A stretch of 49,946 bases of DNA from Vulcanisaeta sp. AZ3 (GTDB lineage: Archaea; Thermoproteota; Thermoprotei; Thermoproteales; Thermocladiaceae), in NCBI GenBank assembly GCA_000960865.2, contig JZWU02000009.1, positions 1 through 49,946 on the forward strand, written 5' to 3'. Numbering within the stretch: position 1 is the stretch's first letter; every line of letters starts with the position of its first letter. Both the position numbers and the translations under genes were made by a program. The notes beneath the pieces were generated by a model. The model was not told the origin of the DNA. It worked only from the letters and a program-made list of their open reading frames with translations, and did no database searches. Shown here piece after piece: positions 1 through 9,882 of this stretch.

Positions 1-2
1 TG

Positions 3-2408
3 CTTAACAATGGTAGGGTTGCGATAGAGGCTAAGTGGACTGATTATTTAGGTAGGCAACATGATTATTACATAGGAACGCCATTCTCGGTTTACATAAT
101 GAGGGGTATATCGGCCCATAGTAACGGTTTTGTCACGGCTAGGGCCTTTGCATTATTGTTAGCTCTCGTCGGCGCAATTGATACGCCAGGAGGCTTCGGG
201 TATAAGGCGCCTGCTCCATGGCCCGTCTCCGATGGTGACTATTGGCCAGCATATCTGACCCCCCCTGATCCAAGGATGAACATAACACAGGAGGACTATA
301 ACTCTAATCCATCATTATACACTGGGCCAAATGGTGAGAAGCTCATTGGCGTTGTAGGTGGTGCTATGATACAAGAGAGAATACTCAATGATGGCACTGT
401 TAAGATACTAAGTGTTACTAAGGTTCCGTATCCTAAGGCTCTTCAAATAACCACTAAGGTCATTGTTTATACGCCGGATCAAATGGTTATTGATGAGAAT
501 GGGCATCCACTATTAATTGATAGGGGCTTTAGTTGGGAGTTCCCATTCTCAGTGCATAGGAATTACACTGCTGTGAATATTGATGCAGGACTTGAGTGGC
601 CTTATAGAATTGAGTTCCTCTTATGGCATATAACAAATCCATACTGGGATAATGCATACGATATTGATAAAGACCTTGGGCTTCTAAGGATGAAGGACAC
701 TGACGGTAGGTATAGAATACCCTTTGTCGCTATTGTTGATACGTTTTATGGTGGAACGGTACCATGTGTCGACTTAGTAATACCAGATACAACATTCTAT
801 GAGAGATATGGCGAACACAGCCTACTAGATAGGCCTGTAACCTCGGTATATGGTCCAGCGGATAACATTGAATGGCCAATACTACCGCCGCTCTTCAAGG
901 AGGTTAGACCATGGAGTGATGGCGAAATACTACTTGGTGAGAAGCTGAACTTACCCGGTTTCGTAACTGAGACGGGCGAGCCTATGTACCCGAATCTAAT
1001 GTATGATTGGTTATGGAAGTGGCAATATGTACCTGGTGTCGGTGTTCTATTCATGGCTAGGGGTACTGATGGAACATCATGCTGCAAGGGCGAGCCTAAT
1101 CCCAATCAAATAAAGATGTACGTATACCCAGGCTTCATAAATGCAGGAGCCTACAGTAGCCAAAACACATATCCAGCACCACAGAAAATACCTGTGACTA
1201 ACGGTGTTTACCCACCTGGCGTATCACCTGGCACACAGACGGTTGGTCATGCCTTTGCACATTACGAGTTACCCCTTGAGATTAGATACTATAGGCACGT
1301 CAATAAGGGCTACTTAGAATGGGCAGCTAGTGTTTCCATGATGCCCTATGCCAAGCCGGTACCAATACCGATATACTCTGAGATAATTATGAAGTTCATA
1401 CTAGCGGCCTATGGATTATGGAAGGGAGAGAATGCATACTTCTACTACATGTATGAAAAGACTGGAGACCCGAACTACTTAAGCCTAGCTGAGAAGAACG
1501 CGTCACCACCAAGTGACTGGTGGGGTAGCCATGTGACTCAGATAATCAAGCAGTTCTATCATCCAATAGCCGTGTGGTATGAGCCCTTAGACTGGATAGC
1601 GCCAGATGGTTCGCCACCAAGTGAGTATCCATTAGCAACTATTAACAGGAAGACCACACCATGGTTCTATCACACGTGGGAGAACTCCTACCCATGGCTT
1701 AGGCAGATAATACCTTACTCAGTGATTTGGATGAATCCCAAGACAGCCGCTCAATATGGCATTAAGGATGGTGATTGGGTAGAGTTAACAAGTAGGGGTG
1801 GTGAGATAGCCAGGGGCCAGGTTAAGTTAACAGAGGCAATAGCACCTGGGGTAGTTGGTTATTGGAAGTCGAGAAATGCCAGGGTTGGAATGCATGCATT
1901 ACCGTTCAATGCCCTTGAGGTTACCAAGGGCTTCATGTTCAATGATATATACGTATACACAAGGGCTTATAGCCAGGGTGGTGTTCCGAATAGTCAGTAT
2001 ACTGTGGATGGATTAATAAGCGCGGTCCAGAGCGGTAATTATCCAACACTTCAGTTCGACATATTCTCCGGTAAGACTGCTTGGGGCGACTTAAGGGTTA
2101 ATGTCGTTAGGATTGCTAACGATAAGCCATACTCTGCATGGGGCAATGCTGATCCAATAGTCAAGGGGACTGTGCCAAAGGTTATAGTTGGCACTGAGGC
2201 TTGGAAGATAAAGGTCTTCAACTATAACGCTTACAAGACACCTCAAGAGATGGGCATTAGTTGGTATGAAGTGAATAGCCAGTGGTTGCAATTCCAGGAA
2301 GCAATTAGGCATTCCATGGGTTACTCATTCTCAAACGTAACGGCATCCGCCGATCCGAATTCAAATTCAAAATCAGATACGAAGGGAAGAAATAACAGGC
2401 AGGGGTGA
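3..2408 (+). CDS. Molybdopterin oxidoreductase catalytic subunit, SoeA/SreA-like (DMSO reductase family), 5'-truncated by the window
   Basis: Frame is open from position 3 (LNNGRVAIEAKWTD...), so the ATG at 99 is internal. MRGISAHSNGF..RA...LVGAIDTPGG is typical of SoeA/SreA. C-terminal molybdopterin-dinucleotide-binding domain (IWMNPKTAAQYGIKDGDWVELTSRGG). Confidence 0.85.
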   Translation, partial: LNNGRVAIEAKWTDYLGRQHDYYIGTPFSVYIMRGISAHSNGFVTARAFALLLALVGAIDTPGGFGYKAPAPWPVSDGDYWPAYLTPPDPRMNITQEDYNSNPSLYTGPNGEKLIGVVGGAMIQERILNDGTVKILSVTKVPYPKALQITTKVIVYTPDQMVIDENGHPLLIDRGFSWEFPFSVHRNYTAVNIDAGLEWPYRIEFLLWHITNPYWDNAYDIDKDLGLLRMKDTDGRYRIPFVAIVDTFYGGTVPCVDLVIPDTTFYERYGEHSLLDRPVTSVYGPADNIEWPILPPLFKEVRPWSDGEILLGEKLNLPGFVTETGEPMYPNLMYDWLWKWQYVPGVGVLFMARGTDGTSCCKGEPNPNQIKMYVYPGFINAGAYSSQNTYPAPQKIPVTNGVYPPGVSPGTQTVGHAFAHYELPLEIRYYRHVNKGYLEWAASVSMMPYAKPVPIPIYSEIIMKFILAAYGLWKGENAYFYYMYEKTGDPNYLSLAEKNASPPSDWWGSHVTQIIKQFYHPIAVWYEPLDWIAPDGSPPSEYPLATINRKTTPWFYHTWENSYPWLRQIIPYSVIWMNPKTAAQYGIKDGDWVELTSRGGEIARGQVKLTEAIAPGVVGYWKSRNARVGMHALPFNALEVTKGFMFNDIYVYTRAYSQGGVPNSQYTVDGLISAVQSGNYPTLQFDIFSGKTAWGDLRVNVVRIANDKPYSAWGNADPIVKGTVPKVIVGTEAWKIKVFNYNAYKTPQEMGISWYEVNSQWLQFQEAIRHSMGYSFSNVTASADPNSNSKSDTKGRNNRQG

Positions 2409-2413
2409 CCTGA

Positions 2414-3205
2414 ATGGTCCAGTTAGCAATACTCACAGACCTAAGTAGATGCTTTGGATGCAATGCATGTATGCTTGCCTGTAAGACTTGGCATGCTAGT
2501 GGTTGCTATGGCCCAATGACTGACTTGAACCCATGGGGTCCAGAGCCTGGTAAGGCGCCATGGTCACTATTCTTCATGAGAGTGCTCCAGGTGGAGGCTG
2601 GTGAGTTCCCGAATACTAAGACCTTCAGCATACCAATAAGCTGCTTCCAGTGCAGGAACCCAGCGTGTGTTACTGTATGCCCGACGGGTGCCATTTACAA
2701 GAGGAAGGAGGATGGTGTTGTGGTCATAAACTATGATGTATGCATAGGCTGCAGGTACTGTGAGAATGCATGCCCATACGGCAACATCTTATTTGATCCA
2801 GTGGAGGGTGTCTCTAAGAAATGTGTTATGGCAATTGATAGGGTATATAATGACTCACTGCCTCTCTATGAAAGGATTCCGCCATGTGTTAGGAATTGCC
2901 CAGCTGGTGCTAGGTTATTTGGTGACATGGATGATCCTAACAGTCTGGTCTACAGGACGGCTATGAGGAAGGGTGCCGTACCAATGGGACCTGAGTTCGG
3001 CACAGATCCACCGAGCCTATACGTAATGCCTAGTGTGCAGACCAATGAGTCAACACGTATATTAACTGAGGAGGAACCTGAGGAGTTTGCCTTCAGGACT
3101 GGAGCTGCTGATTTACCAAATCTGCTTCAGGAGCTTAAAGGTGTTAAGGCCACTGGTGGTCATTGCGGTGGCGGTGTGGGTAACGCTAAGGGCCAGGGTA
3201 GGTGA
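2414..3205 (+). CDS. Four-cluster Fe-S electron-transfer subunit (SoeB/SreB/DmsB type)
   Basis: Cys groups CFGCNACMLAC, CFQCRNPACVTVCP, CIGCRYCENACP and CVMA...CVRNCP; GGGGTGA SD-like motif upstream. Confidence 0.9.
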   Translation: MVQLAILTDLSRCFGCNACMLACKTWHASGCYGPMTDLNPWGPEPGKAPWSLFFMRVLQVEAGEFPNTKTFSIPISCFQCRNPACVTVCPTGAIYKRKEDGVVVINYDVCIGCRYCENACPYGNILFDPVEGVSKKCVMAIDRVYNDSLPLYERIPPCVRNCPAGARLFGDMDDPNSLVYRTAMRKGAVPMGPEFGTDPPSLYVMPSVQTNESTRILTEEEPEEFAFRTGAADLPNLLQELKGVKATGGHCGGGVGNAKGQGR

Positions 3206-3876
3206 GGCATATGGAGAAGTTAGATCCTCAAATTTTAAAATCACTAGCCTTATCTCGTTCTATAATTTATGATTTCCTATCCTCATGCTACATATATCCC
3301 TATAGGATTGGTGATTTTGAGAAGCTTGTTAAGTCGAGAGTGGCGAGGGCCAGGGAATCCGCTAAGTACTTAGTTAGGCTTTATCCTAGTATGGATGTGT
3401 TTATGGGGCTCCTGGACATTGCTGAGGGTGTTAATGATTATGGTGCTCTGACGCCCATAGAGGTAGACTTCACAAGGATTGACTATGGTGCAATACCTTA
3501 TGAGGGATTTACCCACACGGGTTACTTAGATATGAATACGGAGACTTCTGTGCGAAGAATATATGCAGATTACGAATTGGATTTGAATAAGAATTTTAGG
3601 GATTTGAGGGGTGATCATATTGCTGTGGAACTCGCCTTTATGAGCTTCCTGGCTTATAAGGAGCATGAGGATCAGGCTAGGGCGATTAAGTACGTAGAGG
3701 AGGAGGAATATTTCTTAGAGAATCATTTATTGAATTGGGTGCCAACATTCATAACTAATGCACTCAAGCTTGCCAGAACTGATTACTTCAAATTCTTGCT
3801 TAACTTCACGAGGGAATTCCTCGTGAGGGATAGGGAGGTAATTAAGATTGTGCGTGATGCCTATGCCGGTTCATGA
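3202..3876 (+). CDS. TorD/DmsD-family molybdoenzyme maturation chaperone
   Basis: DHIAVELAFMSFL and FLENHLLNWVPTF motifs. Start may be ATG 3211. Confidence 0.85.
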   Translation: MRHMEKLDPQILKSLALSRSIIYDFLSSCYIYPYRIGDFEKLVKSRVARARESAKYLVRLYPSMDVFMGLLDIAEGVNDYGALTPIEVDFTRIDYGAIPYEGFTHTGYLDMNTETSVRRIYADYELDLNKNFRDLRGDHIAVELAFMSFLAYKEHEDQARAIKYVEEEEYFLENHLLNWVPTFITNALKLARTDYFKFLLNFTREFLVRDREVIKIVRDAYAGS

Positions 3877-5218
3877 GGAGGGTAGATTATTAATATTGGA
3901 GGATCCAACAGATGAGGAGCTATTGCGGGCTAATGAACATGAGGGACCCATAATAATAGTACTGAAGGATGGTAGTTCAATAAATACAAGTCTTCTAAAG
4001 AAGCATCCTCTAGACGTATATATATTGAGGGATTCGAGTGAGGAGCGTTTGAATTTGCTAAAGGTTCAATTGGCTGGCAGGAGGGCGAGGCCTAGTGAGG
4101 TTGTGGTTGAGGAGCCAGTGACAAGGAGGGAATTGTTGAGGAGTAAGCTTACAAGGACTAAGTTGGTGTATGTGCCGACGTATGTGGAGAATGCTTGTAG
4201 AGCTCGTTTTGGTTGTCATGAATGTGTTTCAGTATGTCCTGTAGGTGCTATTTCAATTACTAATAATAAGGTTGAGATAGCCTCATCTTCATGTATTGAG
4301 TGTGGGCTCTGTGTTAGGGCGTGTCCCACGGGTGCTTTAGTGTTGGGTGGGGCTGATGATAATGAGCATGCATTGTTATTAAATGAATTGAATGAGGTTA
4401 AGGGTATAAGTAGGGTAACATATACTTGTCCGAAGAATAGTAGGTCGCCAGAGGGTGATGAGTATATTTATTATGTTCCCTGTATAGTCTCTGTAGGGCC
4501 TGAGTGGTTAATGATGGACTTGACGAAGTTTAACGAGGTTTCTCTAGAGTGTCCTGTAGAGGATTGTCCACTTAATGGGATTAAGTATAGTGAGAGTTTG
4601 ATTAGTGATTTGTCGAGGGCCCTTAAGGTGAGGGTTGAGGGTAAGTATAAGTTAGTTGGCGATCAAGCGTTAATTAATTCCTCGATTACTTATGCGGGAA
4701 TTAGGCGTACTGATTATGCGAAGTCGCTGGAGTCTCTGAGGCCGGTTATGACTGGTAATGGTGGTAAATCCCTTAAGCTTTACACTATTAGTATTGATAA
4801 TGTTAAGTGTTCCTTCTGTGGTGTTTGTTTTGCTAAGTGCCCAGAGAGGGCCTTTGATGTTGGTAGGGTTGGTGATAAGACAGTGCTTAGGTTGAGTTGG
4901 GCTAAATGCATTGGTTGTGGTTATTGCAAAAGGTTATGTCCTGAGAAGGCTATAACAGTGTCGATAGCTGAATCCATACCTGCCGTGGACCAAGTTGATG
5001 AGGTCTATGATGAGGTGATTAGATGTAAAATGTGCGGCAAACCCTTTGATACTAAACGCCATGTAATGACGACTAAGGTCAGACTAGGCATTAAGGGTGA
5101 CCCGGAGTGGCTTTACTTATGCCCTGACTGTAGGAGATATTACACGGCAAAGAAAATGCTTGAGACGCAACTAGGAATCAAGGATACGAGGAGCTTACCC
5201 GGCGTTAATAATGCATAA
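3848..5218 (+). CDS. Polyferredoxin (SreD-like)
   Basis: Several CxxCxxCxxxCP motifs (CIECGLCVRACP, CSFCGVCFAKCP, CIGCGYCKRLCP) and a C-terminal CKMC...CPDC. Real start probably ATG 3857 or 3863. Confidence 0.8.
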   Translation: MCVMPMPVHEEGRLLILEDPTDEELLRANEHEGPIIIVLKDGSSINTSLLKKHPLDVYILRDSSEERLNLLKVQLAGRRARPSEVVVEEPVTRRELLRSKLTRTKLVYVPTYVENACRARFGCHECVSVCPVGAISITNNKVEIASSSCIECGLCVRACPTGALVLGGADDNEHALLLNELNEVKGISRVTYTCPKNSRSPEGDEYIYYVPCIVSVGPEWLMMDLTKFNEVSLECPVEDCPLNGIKYSESLISDLSRALKVRVEGKYKLVGDQALINSSITYAGIRRTDYAKSLESLRPVMTGNGGKSLKLYTISIDNVKCSFCGVCFAKCPERAFDVGRVGDKTVLRLSWAKCIGCGYCKRLCPEKAITVSIAESIPAVDQVDEVYDEVIRCKMCGKPFDTKRHVMTTKVRLGIKGDPEWLYLCPDCRRYYTAKKMLETQLGIKDTRSLPGVNNA

Positions 5219-5241
5219 TTGTCACGAATTCTAAAACCACA

Positions 5242-5742
5242 TCACCACTCTAACCCTTTAATACCAACAATGCCTTTATCGAAGTAATGCTTCTCAGGTT
5301 GCATTATAGTGACTAAATCTGCTATTTCTAGGAATTCATTGGGTGCGTTTCGCCCTGTCAAAATCACATTAACGTCGCTTGGTAGTGATTTAATGCCGTT
5401 AATAACCTCCTGGGCTGTTATGTAACCTGAGGACACGGCGTTATTGACCTCATCGAGGATGAGTAGGAATGGTTTGATTTCCTTGGCTCTGTTTAAGGCT
5501 GTCATAAGTACGTCTCTAGGGGTTAGGTGTTGGTTTGGGTCTAGGGAGTATACATCAACGTAGTCTTTGAGGAATTTATTAATTGCTAAGTACTCACCGA
5601 CATATTCACCCCTATATATTAGGGTCTTCATTAAGTGCCCGATCACTACCCTATATCCATGACCGACTGCCCTGAGCATGAGGCCTAGGGCTGCTGTTGT
5701 CTTTCCCTTGCCATCGCCTGTGTATAGTAGGATTAAGCCCAC
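5242..5742 (-). CDS. cobO: Cob(I)alamin adenosyltransferase, CobO/BtuR type
   Basis: YTGDGKGKTTAALG P-loop, LILDE, VILTGR, ADLVT...KHYF. Confidence 0.9.
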   Translation of the reverse strand: MGLILLYTGDGKGKTTAALGLMLRAVGHGYRVVIGHLMKTLIYRGEYVGEYLAINKFLKDYVDVYSLDPNQHLTPRDVLMTALNRAKEIKPFLLILDEVNNAVSSGYITAQEVINGIKSLPSDVNVILTGRNAPNEFLEIADLVTIMQPEKHYFDKGIVGIKGLEW

Positions 5743-5853
5743 GGTGTTCGCTGATAGAGGTTCTTAATCTGTATTACCTCATTAACTGCTAAACATATGC
5801 ATAAGGTTCGTTTGGTTATGCTTAAAAATACATGAGCTAGGGCTATTCTTGCT

Positions 5854-6336
5854 ATGGTTAATGCATATGTTGGTGCATTAATAACGCTTGGTGTTGTGGC
5901 TGTATTATCTGCGGTTGGCATCACGGTAACTAGAGATAATCTTTATGCGGCGATTTACCTGGCAATAACTACGGGGCTTGTTGGTGCTATTTATGGCTTG
6001 TTTGGCATTACCTATGGCTTCGTATTAATATACCTAGTATTTGCGGGTGCGACAATAACGATAACAATAGTGCTTGCGGCAACCTATAGACGTGTGGAGT
6101 TTAGGGGTGGTGTTGGTAAGTCCTGGATTATACCCATGATTCTCTTCGTGATAGCGATAATAGTGGCTTCGGTATTTACGAAGTATACCGTAATGCCAAT
6201 AACCAGTCAATCCTTGGTTAACTTCTTATCATCAACAAACAGCATATTATTAATTGTACTACTTGCGTCATTATTAATGGCAGTAATGACTGGTCTAATA
6301 ATGTATTACCTAGAGGTGAGTGGTAGATGGAGGTAA
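5854..6336 (+). CDS. nuoJ: Complex I membrane subunit J-like
   Basis: About 5 TM helices; LIYLVFAGATIT resembles the NuoJ VYxGAI motif; directly upstream of nuoK. Confidence 0.7.
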   Translation: MVNAYVGALITLGVVAVLSAVGITVTRDNLYAAIYLAITTGLVGAIYGLFGITYGFVLIYLVFAGATITITIVLAATYRRVEFRGGVGKSWIIPMILFVIAIIVASVFTKYTVMPITSQSLVNFLSSTNSILLIVLLASLLMAVMTGLIMYYLEVSGRWR

Positions 6337-6632
6337 ATGCTGCAATAATTTACGGATTTGCAACGCTCATACTAATGATAGGTTACTACAGCGCCTTGAG
6401 AGCCAATGACTTAATCAGGGTCTTAATATCGCTGGAGTTGATGTTTAATGCCGTATTTCTAACATTAATACCGCTCTTTGCCGTAAACCCAATGATTGCC
6501 TTCGGGGTTTTGATTATTTCAATCCTTACGTCATCAACAGAATTCATGACATTAATAATTGCCATAATGGCCCTCGACAGAGTTAGAAAGGCAATTAGGG
6601 TTGAGGAGGTGAAGGCTGGTGGTGAGGCTTAA
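6327..6632 (+). CDS. nuoK: Complex I subunit K (ND4L)
   Basis: 3 TM helices; LIRVLISLELMFN and a second conserved Glu in SSTEF. Confidence 0.85.
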   Translation: MEVNAAIIYGFATLILMIGYYSALRANDLIRVLISLELMFNAVFLTLIPLFAVNPMIAFGVLIISILTSSTEFMTLIIAIMALDRVRKAIRVEEVKAGGEA

Positions 6633-6662
6633 GGGTAATACCTAAAATATGCAGTTGAAGAG

Positions 6663-7943
6663 GTGACCTGCATGAACATACCCTATGAATACGTCCTCCT
6701 TGCCTCGGCCCTTATTAACGCAGTAGGAACGCCACCGACATTACTTAATGAGGGTGCTAGGAAGTATTCATGGATAGTGCCGTTGGTATCAATTTTAGTT
6801 CTTCTTATTGTACCAAGTATGAACCTCCTCGCTTATGCGGCCTTTATAGTAGTTATCGGAGTTCTCGGCATTATCACATTGATGAGGTTAAACTCACCCA
6901 TTAGGGGTGTTGATTACATGCTTGTTTCGATAATGGTGTTGGCCACAGTGCTAGCCCTGTACACAACAAACCTAGCCCTGGCATTACTCTCTCTCATGCT
7001 TGTATCAGCACCGACATATCTACTAATCCTAATGGGTGATTTAAATACTAGCCTTGAGGTCGGTATTAAGTATGTTGTTAATATGATAATAGCCACGGTA
7101 CTCTTCTTCATAGGGGCAATAATAATAAGCTCTAGTCCGTCACTAATAACTTACATAATAGGATTCTCGCTTCTTCTCCTCGGGCTATCCCTCGAGGTTG
7201 GTGTTGCTCCAATGCATGTGTGGGTTCCAGATGTATTTACTGCTGGTAATCCGGTGCCAGTATCAATAATAGCCTCTATAGCGAAGATAGCACCCTTCAT
7301 AGTAGCCATTAAGATTGTATTAACGACAATGAGCAATGTGCCACCGTATTATCTAGCCTACATAGCCGGTGCCTTTGCTGTGATATCCATGTTTTTGGGC
7401 AACATTGGGGCTCTTACGAGTAGAGAGAATGCAAGAACCCTCGCGTACTCATCAATAGCTAATATGGGCTATGTCATGGCCGCACTTGCCGCAGCCATAA
7501 TAGGTTATGCCCAGGGATCTGCAATAACTCTCGGGCTGGCATTGGTTGGGTTGGTGATGCAGTTATTCATGAATGCTGTTGGTAAGGTTGGATTCTTCAA
7601 TTCAGTATTCTCTAGTGGAAATAATGCAGTTAGTACTTGGCTAATTTCTCTGGCCTTCATTGGAACACCGCCTCTACTTGGCTTCTGGAGCAAGCTCTAC
7701 ATAATACTAGCCCTAGTATATGGGAACCTAACGTGGCTTGCCGTTTTATTGGTTATAAACTCTGTAATATCAGTACCATATTACATAAGGTTAGCGAGGG
7801 AGCTTGGTACAGGTTGGAAGCATGGCTTGGCTGAGGGTTTAATAATTGCCTCCACAATAATAGTTTTATCAACGACAATACCACCCTCGTGGCTAATACA
7901 CCCAATAATGAGCTTAACAAACTACTTAATACTTAGGTTCTAA
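6663..7943 (+). CDS. nuoN: Complex I antiporter-like subunit N
   Basis: APMHVWVPDV, GNIGAL, LAYSSIANMGY, PPLLGFWSK motifs. Start may be ATG 6672. Confidence 0.85.
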   Translation: MTCMNIPYEYVLLASALINAVGTPPTLLNEGARKYSWIVPLVSILVLLIVPSMNLLAYAAFIVVIGVLGIITLMRLNSPIRGVDYMLVSIMVLATVLALYTTNLALALLSLMLVSAPTYLLILMGDLNTSLEVGIKYVVNMIIATVLFFIGAIIISSSPSLITYIIGFSLLLLGLSLEVGVAPMHVWVPDVFTAGNPVPVSIIASIAKIAPFIVAIKIVLTTMSNVPPYYLAYIAGAFAVISMFLGNIGALTSRENARTLAYSSIANMGYVMAALAAAIIGYAQGSAITLGLALVGLVMQLFMNAVGKVGFFNSVFSSGNNAVSTWLISLAFIGTPPLLGFWSKLYIILALVYGNLTWLAVLLVINSVISVPYYIRLARELGTGWKHGLAEGLIIASTIIVLSTTIPPSWLIHPIMSLTNYLILRF

Positions 7944-7973
7944 CTTAAAAATAGCATCTTATTTATTTAAAAC

Positions 7974-8540
7974 GTGAGTATTGTTAAGGGCGTCTATGAG
8001 GGATTAACAGCATTAATCTATGCCTTCGTGTTGGACGTAATGACGAAGGTCTTATTACTCATGGGTTTCACAGACCTATTGTATGATTTAATACAATTAA
8101 TCTTAGTAATTCTATGGATAGGCATTGGCATGGTTAGTTGGGGTTCTATTTGCATTATTAACAGGAGCACTTGCCGATTATCCACGATGTATAGGTACTT
8201 AATGTTCATAGTAACGCCTATTATGGCAATATCCTACATATCATACATGTACAGAGTAGATGTGTTAGCAGTCTTATTGTTCCTAATAGCTGTAAGTTTA
8301 ATCCTAGGGCTATCCGTGGCCGGTTACGTGGGTGTAATAATTCTAGGCAATCAATTTAAAAGTAACGTGGGTAGGGTTGGTGCGGCAGTTTCAATAGTAG
8401 CGACCATAATGTGGTTAACCTTAATACTGAAAGTCATGGAGATTGGCGTAGCAATTAACGCTTTTGGTAACATCCTCATCATAGTATTACTACTGCAACT
8501 GAGGAGGAGGTACTCACCAACGAGGGGAATTTACAAGTAA
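7974..8540 (+). CDS. Hypothetical integral membrane protein (~6 TM)
   Basis: Hydrophobic 188-aa ORF with a TTAAAAA box about 25 nt upstream. Confidence 0.65.
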   Translation: MSIVKGVYEGLTALIYAFVLDVMTKVLLLMGFTDLLYDLIQLILVILWIGIGMVSWGSICIINRSTCRLSTMYRYLMFIVTPIMAISYISYMYRVDVLAVLLFLIAVSLILGLSVAGYVGVIILGNQFKSNVGRVGAAVSIVATIMWLTLILKVMEIGVAINAFGNILIIVLLLQLRRRYSPTRGIYK

Positions 8541-9079
8541 AACTCCTCAACCAACTTCATCAACCTAGTGAGTCCTGGGTAACCAAAGATTCCCTGACCA
8601 AGGTTTTTCTCCAGATTACCCACTATGAGGGTTGGTGTACCTGGTACTCCAAGTTGTTTAGCCAGTGTCTTAGCCTCCGATACCCTAGGCAACTCATCCT
8701 CTACGCAATTGCCATCAACATCGGTCAATATCTCTTCATCCTTCAACTTACCCGAGAGATAGGCCTCATAATGCTTCCTAAGGGTATCAAGGAAGTTCCT
8801 AGGGTCCTTCCTATAAATACACCTAAAGGTTGCATGAAGTTTCTCAATGCCTCTATGCACAGGATAATCTACGAAGTAAAGCGAAGCCATACCACTATCA
8901 ACAAGCCCAATAAGATAATCCCCAGCCTCGTCCTCAAGAACAGCACAACCAGGACAGTAGAGATCGTAAAAAATCACAATTAACAACCTAGGATTAGGAG
9001 CCCTAAAGCCAAGGCCTACATCCTCAATCCTATTCAAGACATCCCTAACATCTCTAATTAACCATGTCTCTTCAACCAT
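8531..9079 (-). CDS. Thioredoxin-fold DsbA-like protein
   Basis: FYDLYCPGC active site and GVPGTPT cis-Pro loop. ATG 9079 preferred over TTG 9100. Confidence 0.8.
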   Translation of the reverse strand: MVEETWLIRDVRDVLNRIEDVGLGFRAPNPRLLIVIFYDLYCPGCAVLEDEAGDYLIGLVDSGMASLYFVDYPVHRGIEKLHATFRCIYRKDPRNFLDTLRKHYEAYLSGKLKDEEILTDVDGNCVEDELPRVSEAKTLAKQLGVPGTPTLIVGNLEKNLGQGIFGYPGLTRLMKLVEEFYL

Positions 9080-9183
9080 CAAGGCAAACCAGATTAACAA
9101 CCCTTAAAAACATTAATACGCAATAGCATAAATAACGAAGATGAAGAAAAGATTAAAAAGATTATGTACATGCCTACACCATA

Positions 9184-9262
9184 GGCCCCGGTGGTATAGC
9201 CTGGTTAGTATGCGGGCCTGTGGAGCCCGTGAACCCGGGTTCAAATCCCGGCCGGGGCCCCA
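9184..9262 (+). tRNA. tRNA-His(GUG), intron-less, genomically encoded G-1 and CCA
   Basis: G-1 at 9184, acceptor GCCCCGG/CCGGGGC, C73, CCA. Anticodon loop CT-GTG-GA; T arm CCGGG-TTCAAAT-CCCGG. Confidence 0.97.
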
Positions 9263-9299
9263 TCCCAATTAGTCTAATACAGAGAATTAAATCACATTG

Positions 9300-9842
9300 T
9301 TACTTACGTAATCCATAGAGATCCTGGTTCCAAGGCACCCTAGGCATCAGAGCCATGTACACAGCCTCTACATTAAGGTCAATCCTATTAACGAAGCCCT
9401 TCGTAATCATCCCCACCAGCCCAAACCTCTTACCTATGCTGGGTATTCCGTAATAGTTCTCTGCGACTTCATTCAACTCCTTACCGTTCAATAATTCATT
9501 CGTAAACCTCGGTGGTATCATGAATGCTGGACTTAGGCCCATTGTTACTGTGTCGTCTCTATCCATGATTGCAGCCAATGTGATGTCTAAGTAATTATCA
9601 AGGATCTTAACTATACCTGCCTCAATACCAACACCAAAATCCGCGTTACTCACATTGCTCAATGCATGCCTAGCCCTCCTAATGGCTCCCTTAGCAATCT
9701 CGTCAAGGCCCATGGGCTCTGGTGGTATGTCGCTAGGTGGTTCGACAGACAACACGTTGACTGTAAACCCGACCAACCTAAATGCAATCTCTACAGCTCT
9801 TACTTTATTCGGGTTTCTTGAGCCTACGGCTATGATTATCAC
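9300..9842 (-). CDS. yjjX: Non-canonical inosine/xanthosine triphosphatase (YjjX family)
   Basis: VGSRNPNKVRAV, GAIRRA and GVGIEAGI motifs. Confidence 0.88.
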   Translation of the reverse strand: MIIIAVGSRNPNKVRAVEIAFRLVGFTVNVLSVEPPSDIPPEPMGLDEIAKGAIRRARHALSNVSNADFGVGIEAGIVKILDNYLDITLAAIMDRDDTVTMGLSPAFMIPPRFTNELLNGKELNEVAENYYGIPSIGKRFGLVGMITKGFVNRIDLNVEAVYMALMPRVPWNQDLYGLRK

Positions 9843-9882
9843 GGAGATAAATTCAAAACTCCTGATATTTAATTAATTCCTA

